Assembly (NCBI GenBank): GCA_039589115.1
Contig: JBDHHZ010000011.1
Location: 1 to 49,567, forward strand
Length of the DNA: 49,567 nt
Direction: 5' to 3'
Origin: Gemmatimonadota bacterium
GTDB taxonomy: Bacteria > Gemmatimonadota > Gemmatimonadetes > Palauibacterales > KS3-K002
In this document: piece after piece, positions 1 to 7,829 of the stretch
How the letters are laid out: every line of letters starts with the position of its first letter
Position numbering within the stretch: position 1 is the stretch's first letter
Notes under the pieces: model-generated
What the model saw: the letters and a program-made list of their open reading frames with translations, nothing else
Told to the model about the DNA's origin: nothing
Databases searched by the model: none
Program-made: the position numbers and the translations under genes

Positions 1-113
1 TCGCGTACCATCTAGTGAAGTAGGCCGATCCTCTCGAAGCTCCGCAGTCTGCCATGACATCAAGCTTGACGAGTGCCGGGTGCGAGACTAGGGTGCAACC
101 GAATCGAGGTGCC

Positions 114-482
114 ATGCTAATCATCGTTGCCCATGGAAGCCGCGATCCGAAGTGGCGGGTTTCGGTCGAGAGCCTGACCGAATCGCTGCAGGCTGATCTC
201 GGCCCGGATAACCTGCGGCTCGCCTACATGGATGGTGGGCCTCCGACGCTCGATGACGTCGTGTCCGAGGCGGTCCAGACGGGAGTGACACGCATGCGAG
301 TGCTGCCGCTGTTCCTCGCCAACGAGGGGCATGTGGATCGCGACATTCGCCCCGTGGTCGATCAGCTGAGCAGCATCCATCGGTCTGTGGAAGTCGAGCT
401 ACTGCCCGCCGTGGGCCAGCACCGGTTGTTCCGGGAGCTGCTTGCCAAGATCGCCGAAGAGGAGTCCGAGTCTAACGCATGA
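114..482 (+). CDS. cbiX: Small CbiX/SirB-type sirohydrochlorin chelatase
   Basis: ORF 54..482. MLIIVAHGSRD and LPLFLANEGHVDRDI resemble the His-containing motifs of class II chelatases (CbiX/SirB). ATG at 114 follows GAGG. The stop overlaps the next start (ATGA at 479-482). A start at 54 cannot be excluded. Confidence 0.7.
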   Translation: MLIIVAHGSRDPKWRVSVESLTESLQADLGPDNLRLAYMDGGPPTLDDVVSEAVQTGVTRMRVLPLFLANEGHVDRDIRPVVDQLSSIHRSVEVELLPAVGQHRLFRELLAKIAEEESESNA

Positions 483-2002
483 CCACTGCACCCAGCATTC
501 CCCCAGGAAAGGTCTACTTGGTCGGCGCTGGTCCCGGCCATCCCGGCTTGATCACGTTGCGCGGCGTAGAGTGCCTGAAGCAAGCCGACGTGGTGTTGTA
601 CGACTACCTCGTCAACCCGATCGTGGTCGAGCATGCGTCCACATCGGCGGAGTTGGTGGGCCTGGGACATCACAAGATGGGCCGTGCCCTCTCCCCGAAG
701 GAGATCACCGCCCGGATGCTCGAGGAAGCCAGAAAGGGCCGCAGCGTCGTGCGACTGAAGGGTGGCGATCCATCGGTGTTCGGCCGCGGCGCCGAAGAAG
801 AGGAAGCGCTGCGCGCGGCCGGTATCTCCTACGAAATCGTACCCGGAATCACGGCCGGCCTCGCCGTCGCCGCCTACTGCGAGATTCCCATAACGCACCA
901 CGAGGAAGCTTCCGCGGTCGCGATGATCACCGGCCGGGAGCGCGACCATAAGGACGAGTCACACCTGGGCTGTGGACTGGCCGATTTCCCCGGCACGCTC
1001 ATCTACTACATGGGTGTGCGGAGCGCCGGCGAGTGGAGCCGGGCTCTGATCGAGCAGGGCAAACCGCCCGACACCCCGGTCGCGATCGTCCGTTGGTGCT
1101 CGCGGGCGCAGCAGCAGATGGTGCGGTGCACGCTGAGCACGGTACCGGAAGTCATCGAAGAACAAGATGTTGCACCGCCGGCCGTGTGCGTGGTCGGCTC
1201 GGTGGTCGATCGCGCTCCGCAGCTCTCATGGTTCGCGGCCCGCCCGTTGGCCAGCGCCCGCGTCTTGGTGACGGGATCGCCGGGTACCGCCGAGCCGCTG
1301 CGCGACGGGTTGGGCGAGTTGGGAGCGGAAGTGATAACGAGGCCTGCGATTCGCGTCACCGATCCGCCCGACTGGGGACCGGTCGACGCGGCACTGGAGC
1401 GGCTCGACGAGTATGACTGGCTGGTGTTCTCCAGCGCGAACGGAGTGGACTACCTGTTTCGGCGGCTGCGTGACCGTGGCGGTGACGTGCGCCGGCTAGG
1501 GCAGGTGAAGCTGGCGGCCATCGGCTCCGGCACGGCGGAGCGGTTGGCCCGCTACAGCCTGCAAGCCGACCTGGTGCCCGAGCAGTTCGTCGCCGAGTCG
1601 CTGGCCCAAGCCCTTGTGGCCGAGGCCGGAGGCCGCCGCTTCCTGCTAGCCCGGACGAACCGTGGCCGCCAGGTGTTGCCCACCGAGCTCGAGAGAGCAG
1701 GCGGCCATGTCGACCAGATCGTCGTCTACGGCAGCGTCGACGTGGAGGAGCCCGATCCAGCCATGGCAGCCGCGCTGTCGTCTGGAGAGATCGATTGGGT
1801 GTCGGTCACGAGCTCCGCGATAGCGCATGCCCTCGTCCGGCTCTACGGCGAAACCCTGCGGCAGGCTCGACTCGCGAGCATCGGTCCGCTGACATCTGCT
1901 ACGTTGCGCGAGCTCGGTTACGAGCCGGCGGTGGAGGCATCGCCGCACACTACAGCCGGTTTGATCGATGCGATCGTGAGCGGCGGCCTCACGAGAGGCT
2001 GA
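479..2002 (+). CDS. cobA-hemD: Bifunctional uroporphyrinogen-III C-methyltransferase / uroporphyrinogen-III synthase (CobA-HemD fusion)
   Basis: The N-terminal half has SUMT motifs (VYLVGAGPGHPGLITLRG, KGGDPSVFGRG). The C-terminal half (from about RVLVTGSPG) has HemD-like repeats (WLVFSSANGV, KLAAIGSGTAERL, WVSVTSSAIA). Translationally coupled to cbiX. Confidence 0.85.
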   Translation: MTTAPSIPPGKVYLVGAGPGHPGLITLRGVECLKQADVVLYDYLVNPIVVEHASTSAELVGLGHHKMGRALSPKEITARMLEEARKGRSVVRLKGGDPSVFGRGAEEEEALRAAGISYEIVPGITAGLAVAAYCEIPITHHEEASAVAMITGRERDHKDESHLGCGLADFPGTLIYYMGVRSAGEWSRALIEQGKPPDTPVAIVRWCSRAQQQMVRCTLSTVPEVIEEQDVAPPAVCVVGSVVDRAPQLSWFAARPLASARVLVTGSPGTAEPLRDGLGELGAEVITRPAIRVTDPPDWGPVDAALERLDEYDWLVFSSANGVDYLFRRLRDRGGDVRRLGQVKLAAIGSGTAERLARYSLQADLVPEQFVAESLAQALVAEAGGRRFLLARTNRGRQVLPTELERAGGHVDQIVVYGSVDVEEPDPAMAAALSSGEIDWVSVTSSAIAHALVRLYGETLRQARLASIGPLTSATLRELGYEPAVEASPHTTAGLIDAIVSGGLTRG

Positions 2003-2029
2003 CGCCGGCCTTCCTCACCCTCCTGCGGG

Positions 2030-2704
2030 TCACCCGGAGAGCGCGCGCCGCACCAGCGCGCCAACGCTGGTGCGCTCGAGCGATCCGTCTTCGTAGAGAG
2101 CGACGGGCCCCTCGTCGGAAAGCAGTTCCGACCGGTCTGCCAGGATCACCGCCTGCCCCACCTGACCCAGACACCAGACGGCCGTGCCCCGGACCTGAGG
2201 GTCAGGATCGTCCAGCGCCGACGCCACTGCCGTGTGGAGTTCCGTGAAGTAGTCTCCCGCAAGAGAGCCGAGTCGTCCTATGGCCCACAGGGCATCGGCC
2301 CTGAAATGGTCCAGGTCTTCCTCGGCCATGTTCGGGATGAGGAAGATGACGATGGGGACGTAGTCGGCAAACAGCTTCGGTTCGTGGCGAACGATCTCCG
2401 CCATCGCCGCCGGGGCATGCCAGCAGATGCCGCCGGACTCCTCACTGATCAGCCAATACAGGCGCCGCAAGTGCTCCCGCACGTAGTCGGGATCGAATTC
2501 GGAGACGCGCCGAGCCGCCACTCCCAACGCCTCGACCGCTCGCCAACCGATCTGCGGGTCCGCATCGTAGGTGAGCGACACGAGGCTTGCCAGGACGCGC
2601 CGCTTCTCGGCGGCCAGCTCGGCGATTCGCTCGAATTGCCCCTCGGCGAGCGCCTCGCGCAGGATTGTCTTGATAGGCACGTGCGCGCCTAGTGCATCTC
2701 CCAC
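2030..2704 (-). CDS. HEAT/armadillo-repeat protein of unknown function, last gene of a DsrMK-like module
   Basis: ORF 2030..2704. Helical-repeat composition with HEAT-like repeats (IGWRAVEALGV, ADALWAIGRLG, DPDPQVRGTAVWCLGQVG). The start overlaps the stop of the upstream HdrD-like gene. No catalytic motif recognised. Confidence 0.5.
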   Translation of the reverse strand: MGDALGAHVPIKTILREALAEGQFERIAELAAEKRRVLASLVSLTYDADPQIGWRAVEALGVAARRVSEFDPDYVREHLRRLYWLISEESGGICWHAPAAMAEIVRHEPKLFADYVPIVIFLIPNMAEEDLDHFRADALWAIGRLGSLAGDYFTELHTAVASALDDPDPQVRGTAVWCLGQVGQAVILADRSELLSDEGPVALYEDGSLERTSVGALVRRALSG

Positions 2705-4299
2705 TTGATGAACGGCTCTTTGACATCCACCATCGCGTTGACGATCAGCTCCACGAGACCGCCGTAGGTGATGTTGCTCTTCTCCAGAACGTCATAGTAC
2801 TGCAGCAGGTCGCGAAGCTGACCCTTGCAGTTGGAGCACGGCGCGCAGAGGTACTTCTTGACCTCCGGTCCCGGCTGGTCAGCGAACGCGTCGAGGATCT
2901 GCTTCATTTTCACTCGGCTGCCGACACTTATGCGCCAGTCCGCGAAGTTGTTGGGCGACATTACGGCGAACCCGCTTCCGCCGCCACAGCAGTAGTTGTC
3001 CACCCCGTGCGGTGTCATCTCCCGGAACTGCGGGCACAAGTACCGCAGGATACGCCGTTGTGGTTCCACGATCCCCAGGTTGCGGACGATGTTGCACGGG
3101 TCGTGTAGAGTCACCGGGAAGTCGTTCTTGGACGGGTCGAACTCGATCTTCCCACTGAATACGATCTCCTCCAGCAGCGGCAGGCAGCTCTCACGGGCCA
3201 CAGCCAAGTCACCCGTAAGGACACGATCCGAGATGGTCATCAAGGCCTTGTGCTGATGCCCGCACTCGCCGGCGACGATCTTGTTCACCTTAAGCTTCTT
3301 GGCCGCCTCGGCGTGCTTGACTGTCACGCGAGCCAGCTGGACGTCATCGTAGAACAGGCCGTAGTTGACACCGTCATAGCCAAGCCCATCCGAGGATAAG
3401 GTCCAATCGATGCCCGCCGCGTTCAGGATGATGGCAAATGCCCCGGGATTCTCGGGCCAGGCCAGAATCTCCCCGGCGTTGTGGATCAGCAGGACGTCCG
3501 CGCCTTCCTTGTCCCACGGGGTCTCCACCTTTATGCCCGTCTCGTCTTCCATGTCCTCGTCGATGAACTCGATGTTGTCCTTCACGACCACGGCGTTCAT
3601 GCCCGTTGACGAGCCCACCTCAAGCTGGAGAACGGTACCCTTCTCGTGCAGCTCCTTGGGAGCCCAACCCAGCTCCTGACTGAACAGCTTCCGCAACTCG
3701 CGACTGATCAGGCCGTTGTCGAGCCCGATGGGACAGGCTTGAGCGCAGCGCCGGCACAGCGTGCAGCGGTAGCAGAGCTCGTACAGCCGAGTGATAGTGG
3801 TCCAGTTGAGCTCGATGTCACCGTGGGTGAACCTGGCGAACAGCTTTCCACCCGGCTTGGCGTACTTGGCGACCAGCCTCCGCAATACCTCGGCGCGGTA
3901 GGTCGGCCGGTAGATCTCCTTGCGGCCGCTCGCCGTGAAGACGGGACATGCGTCGTTACAACTCTGACAGTTCACGCAGTAGTCCAGCGAGAGCAGCAGC
4001 GGCTGCAAGAACGTCCAGTTGTTGTTCTTCTCGAGCAACTTCTTCAGGCCGGCACGGAACTTCTCGACGTATTCCTCTTCCTCGGCTGCGTCCGTCGGCT
4101 TGGGGATACTCAACCCGATGACGCCGTCCAGGTTGCAGACAAGGCGCTCCTTGGTCTCGGGACTGAGCTCCTTCCAGGCCGGCTCGTGCTCAGGGTTATC
4201 GTAGGGAGGTGGGAGGGGCGCGAGGTCCTCGGGTCCCACGGGACACAGCACCTCGTCTCCCCGCTTGCTGATGTCTATCACGCGTAGCTTGGTGCTCAC
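2689..4299 (-). CDS. HdrD/DsrK-like CCG-domain iron-sulfur oxidoreductase (module a)
   Basis: ORF 2689..4371 trimmed to the GTG at 4299 (GAGGAG upstream; GTGA overlap with the stop of the membrane gene). Two 4Fe-4S motifs (CVNCQSCNDACP, CYRCTLCRRCAQACP) are followed by CCG-type Cys-rich motifs (HDPCNIVRN, NYCCGGGSG, CAPCSNC). Confidence 0.8.
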   Translation of the reverse strand: MSTKLRVIDISKRGDEVLCPVGPEDLAPLPPPYDNPEHEPAWKELSPETKERLVCNLDGVIGLSIPKPTDAAEEEEYVEKFRAGLKKLLEKNNNWTFLQPLLLSLDYCVNCQSCNDACPVFTASGRKEIYRPTYRAEVLRRLVAKYAKPGGKLFARFTHGDIELNWTTITRLYELCYRCTLCRRCAQACPIGLDNGLISRELRKLFSQELGWAPKELHEKGTVLQLEVGSSTGMNAVVVKDNIEFIDEDMEDETGIKVETPWDKEGADVLLIHNAGEILAWPENPGAFAIILNAAGIDWTLSSDGLGYDGVNYGLFYDDVQLARVTVKHAEAAKKLKVNKIVAGECGHQHKALMTISDRVLTGDLAVARESCLPLLEEIVFSGKIEFDPSKNDFPVTLHDPCNIVRNLGIVEPQRRILRYLCPQFREMTPHGVDNYCCGGGSGFAVMSPNNFADWRISVGSRVKMKQILDAFADQPGPEVKKYLCAPCSNCKGQLRDLLQYYDVLEKSNITYGGLVELIVNAMVDVKEPFIKWEMH

Positions 4300-5210
4300 G
4301 TCTTCATCTCCTCGGTTGCAACATCCACCCAGTTCTTTCTTCCGTCGGACTTCACGTGGGGCCCTGCCCACGTCACGGGCTGATTCAGGAGCCGGACGGC
4401 CTCCCGCTCCAGCCGCCCGCCCGCAGCCAGCGGCTCATCGTCCCAGCGGACCTGGTGGTACGTGAAGTACTTCGCAACGAAGTGCATCATCCGGCTGAAG
4501 GGCAGATAGGCCAGAAACAGCAGGGCCAGCAGAACATGCACGGCCAGTATGCCAGGAAGCACGACTGAAAAATCAGCGGTCAGCAGAGCTACGGCGAAAC
4601 CCGTTACCTGCCCGGCAAAAGCCTGCGAGGCCGCAAGGGCTAGCGCGCCGCTAGCGAACACGGCTAGCAGGAGGACCAGGTTGAACAGGGCCGCCGGTGT
4701 CGTATAGGCCCGGAGCCGCGGATCGGCGAAACGGCTGCCGAGCAGTCCCAGCGCCCCGATGCCGCCCAGCGCGAAGCCAACTCCGGCGAGCAGCGATACA
4801 GCATCGCGCCAGGCGCCCGAGCCCGCGCTCTCCACTCCGGCCAACTGCAGCCCGCCACCGAGCAGCAGCACGGCAGCGGCCGCTATCAACACGTACATGC
4901 CGATATGGAACGGGAAAGAGAACCACCACAGTCGGCGATTGTGCTCCCACACACTCTTGAGGAACACGATTTCCTGGAACATGAAGAACAACTCGTTGAG
5001 CCGGTCCTTCTCACGCGGCTTCGTCCACCACTCGTACTCCTCGAGGTACGAGCCGCCGTAATGGCTCTTGCCCTTCTCGTGTGGCACCGGGGCGAGCTCC
5101 CAGCGGAGATGCACCGGAAGCCTCGCTATCCTCAAAGTTCTGAGCACGAACGCCACAATGAACACCGCCAACAACGCCCACGACATCACTATCAGTATGG
5201 ATCCGGACAT
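4296..5210 (-). CDS. NarI/DsrM-like integral membrane cytochrome b subunit (module a)
   Basis: ORF 4296..5210. Multiple hydrophobic helices and a C-terminal YLPFSRMMHF motif, as in NarI/DsrM/HdrE-type quinol-interacting subunits. The start directly abuts the stop of the MerR-like gene (TAAATG). Confidence 0.7.
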   Translation of the reverse strand: MSGSILIVMSWALLAVFIVAFVLRTLRIARLPVHLRWELAPVPHEKGKSHYGGSYLEEYEWWTKPREKDRLNELFFMFQEIVFLKSVWEHNRRLWWFSFPFHIGMYVLIAAAAVLLLGGGLQLAGVESAGSGAWRDAVSLLAGVGFALGGIGALGLLGSRFADPRLRAYTTPAALFNLVLLLAVFASGALALAASQAFAGQVTGFAVALLTADFSVVLPGILAVHVLLALLFLAYLPFSRMMHFVAKYFTYHQVRWDDEPLAAGGRLEREAVRLLNQPVTWAGPHVKSDGRKNWVDVATEEMKT

Positions 5211-5732
5211 TTAAGCCTCTTCCTCCGTCGAGTATCTCTTCCGCTGCATGAGCTCCTGGATGGCTGCACCCGCATCCTGCACGTCGTTCTCGTCATGCAG
5301 CAGCTGTTTGATGTCTTCGGTGCACAACGAACCGAATCGGTACACGGCGCAACCCCGGCACTCGTTCCCCTGCGGGGCGCAGTCGAGGCCCTTGATCATC
5401 CAGCACGGCCGCGTGCTGTCCTCATAGGCGGGACAGCTCCTGCGGGTCTCCGCCGTGCACGGGAGTAGATCCCAGCACGGCAGCAGCGCCTGCACCCTGT
5501 GAATTCCCTCTATGTTGAGTCCTAGGTCCTGGATCAGATGCTGGATGTTACGGACGCGGCTGATGTCCTCATGCGAGAACAGGCGGTGGCCCGAGGGAGT
5601 GCGGTGGGCGATGATGAGGCCCTCGTTCTCGTATTTCCGCACGGCGGAAACGGAAAGCCCCACCCGTTGTGCCAGAACGCCGATGGAGATTAGCGGGTCT
5701 TCGATTTCGTGATGCGCTGGTGCGTCGGGCAC
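5211..5732 (-). CDS. MerR-family HTH regulator with C-terminal 8-Cys domain
   Basis: The N-terminus ISIGVLAQRVGLSVSAVRKYENEGLI..HR..SGHRLF is a MerR-type HTH. The C-terminal stretch PCWDLLPCTAETRRSCPAYEDSTRPCWMIKGLDCAPQGNECRGCAVYRFGSLC holds 8 Cys in about 55 aa. Confidence 0.75.
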   Translation of the reverse strand: MPDAPAHHEIEDPLISIGVLAQRVGLSVSAVRKYENEGLIIAHRTPSGHRLFSHEDISRVRNIQHLIQDLGLNIEGIHRVQALLPCWDLLPCTAETRRSCPAYEDSTRPCWMIKGLDCAPQGNECRGCAVYRFGSLCTEDIKQLLHDENDVQDAGAAIQELMQRKRYSTEEEA

Positions 5733-5784
5733 AAAAAAAGCCCTTCCGGTGCCAAGTGAGATGAACCGGTTAGGGCTACAGGAA

Positions 5785-5804
5785 TCTACAATAAACGGTG
5801 TAGA
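5785..5804. promoter_or_regulatory. Perfect 6-8-6 palindrome TCTACA-N8-TGTAGA upstream of the MerR-like gene (candidate operator)
   Basis: Read directly in the AT-richer intergenic region 5733-5932, about 55-70 bp upstream of the MerR-like start codon. An additional CTACA copy lies at 5776-5780. No promoter hexamers confidently assigned. Confidence 0.25.
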
Positions 5805-5932
5805 AAATCTATACCCAAAGCTGCGGATAGTCTTTATTGACCAAGTAGAACAGAATGGGAGGCCCGGGCCGCAAGGCCTTGTGCTGTAAAGAGATACGGA
5901 GGCGACAACTCGGAGCTACCCGGAGCCCGACC

Positions 5933-6325
5933 TCAGCCGATCAGCTCTCTGACCTTGCGCACCAACTGCTCAGCGTCGACGGGCTTGCTGATGTACCCCT
6001 CGGGTGGGGGGACCTGTCGGCGGCTGGAGATGAACCTTTCGAACTCTTCGGAGATGCCTGTGATGATGATGACGGGAACGCTCTTGAGTCGTTCGTCTTC
6101 CTTCAGCTTCCGATAGACGGCCACGCCGGACTTCTCGGGCATGGAGATGTCGAGTGCGACGAGGTCGGGCACATCCTGCTCGAGCGCCGCGATGGCTTCG
6201 ACGCCATCATTGGCGGTCGTGGTCATGAAGCCGTTGTCCTGCAACACGGTGGTGAGATACTCCCGAGCATCGGGATCATCATCCACGACCAGAACGGTCT
6301 TGGCGTCGTCAGTCATTATCCGCAT
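5933..6325 (-). CDS. Stand-alone response-regulator receiver protein
   Basis: ORF 5933..6466 trimmed to MRIMTDDAKTVLVVDDD (ATG at 6325; ATG at 6316 also possible). REC motifs present: VVDDD, LVALDISMP, IIITG, SKPV. The start overlaps the 3' end of the upstream kinase gene. Confidence 0.85.
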   Translation of the reverse strand: MRIMTDDAKTVLVVDDDPDAREYLTTVLQDNGFMTTTANDGVEAIAALEQDVPDLVALDISMPEKSGVAVYRKLKEDERLKSVPVIIITGISEEFERFISSRRQVPPPEGYISKPVDAEQLVRKVRELIG

Positions 6326-7769
6326 CCATTTCAGACGTGTTGGATTCCTCCGACTCCTGCGTCGGAGGCCGCTTGCGGGGCAGCTTAACGATGAACCGCG
6401 TTCCGGCACCGGAGTCCGACTCCAGTTCGATGGTGCCGCCGTGAGAACGCGCGATGCGATCGGCAACGAAGAGCCCCAGCCCGGTGCCCTCCATTCCCTT
6501 TGAGGAGAAGAACATCGTGAATGCCTTCTCCCGGGTTTCCTGGTCCATCCCGATGCCGTTGTCCTCGACTTCGTACTGGACGACGTCGGGGAGTCCCTGA
6601 AGCCGCACGGCTACGATGTGTTCGGGCTTCTTCCCGTCCAGCCGGCAGGCGTCCAGGGAGTTCTCGACCAGGTTCACAAGTAGCGAACGGACCGCCTGCG
6701 CATCACCCTCGAAGTCGCCGGCGGCCGTGTCGAGCTCGGTGGTCAGCTGTATCCCCTGATCTTTGGCCCGCGACTCCATGAGACCGCAAACATCCTGGGC
6801 GACTTCCATGGCGGACAGGCGCTCCCACATGGGGACGCGATCCTTCGCATAGTAGAGGATGTCCGAGACCATGCTCTGGATGCGGGCGACGTTTCGATGG
6901 ACCGTCGCCCAGCCCTTGTCGATGCGCGTCCGATCCTCTTTAGCGAACCCGGAATCGACAAGATACATGCCGCCGGCCAGCCCGTTGAGCAGACCTTTCA
7001 GGCCGTGCGACACCGAACCGACCAACAGGCCCAGCGACGTGAGGCGGTCCTCCAGCTCGCGGACCTGGGTGATGTTGGCGCTCATCTCCATCACGCCGGT
7101 GATTCGACCCTGCCGATCTCGGATGGGAGCGGCCGTCACGAGCACGTTCTGGTGCCGGCCATCGAGCGACGTGACCACCTCTTCCCGAGTATGCGGCTCG
7201 CCGTCCTCGAAGGTCTCCTGGACCGGGCAGGGGACACACGGTTCTGAGCGATGCTTGTAGATCTCGAAGCACTTGCGGCCGAGGCAGTCACCGAAGTCTT
7301 CCTGGAAGGCGCGGTTGGCCTCCACGATGTTCAAGTCGAGGTCTTGAATCGAGATGTAACAGGGCACCACGTCGAACAGGAGGTGGTAGCGACGTTGGCT
7401 CCGCCGCAGTTGACGCTCCAGGTCCCTCATGTCGGTGATGTCGGTGGACATCTCCATGACGGCCACGACCTTGCCGCTCTCGTCGCGGATCGGCGTGGCG
7501 TCTACCAGCACCGAGATCTCCCGCCCGTCCAGGCTCGTGACTCGCTCTTTGCTGCGGTGGCTCTGCCCATCGTGGAACGCTTCGGCGACCGGACAAGTCT
7601 CACACCGCTCGGAGCGCTGCTTGTAGACCTGATAGCAGAACCGGCCGTCGATATCGCCGAAATCCGTCCGGAATCGCGCGTTCGCATCGATGATCCGGAA
7701 GTCGCGGTCCTGCACCGTGAGGTAGCACGGCAGCGTGTCGAAATAGACTTGGTAGTCGTTATTCATCAC
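6309..7769 (-). CDS. Cytoplasmic PAS-PAS sensor histidine kinase, each PAS with 4 conserved Cys
   Basis: No TM segment seen. Two PAS-like repeats carry the same Cys pattern (LPCYL..RFCYQVYKQRSERCETCP and VPCYI..RKCFEIYKHRSEPCVPCP). H-box SVSHGLKG, N-box LVENSLDAC, G-boxes DNGIGMD and GTGLGL. Confidence 0.85.
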   Translation of the reverse strand: MMNNDYQVYFDTLPCYLTVQDRDFRIIDANARFRTDFGDIDGRFCYQVYKQRSERCETCPVAEAFHDGQSHRSKERVTSLDGREISVLVDATPIRDESGKVVAVMEMSTDITDMRDLERQLRRSQRRYHLLFDVVPCYISIQDLDLNIVEANRAFQEDFGDCLGRKCFEIYKHRSEPCVPCPVQETFEDGEPHTREEVVTSLDGRHQNVLVTAAPIRDRQGRITGVMEMSANITQVRELEDRLTSLGLLVGSVSHGLKGLLNGLAGGMYLVDSGFAKEDRTRIDKGWATVHRNVARIQSMVSDILYYAKDRVPMWERLSAMEVAQDVCGLMESRAKDQGIQLTTELDTAAGDFEGDAQAVRSLLVNLVENSLDACRLDGKKPEHIVAVRLQGLPDVVQYEVEDNGIGMDQETREKAFTMFFSSKGMEGTGLGLFVADRIARSHGGTIELESDSGAGTRFIVKLPRKRPPTQESEESNTSEMDADND

Positions 7770-7829
7770 GAATCCCGAGCAGATGTTGTCCCGCGCGCTA
7801 CCCCATTCTTCACTACCTCACCAAGAACT

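Noticed and set aside
5855-5895. Hairpin (AGGCC...GGCCT) as terminator of the stand-alone receiver gene
   Set aside because: Only a ~5-bp stem with a long loop and a weak U-tract on the minus strand, too weak to call.
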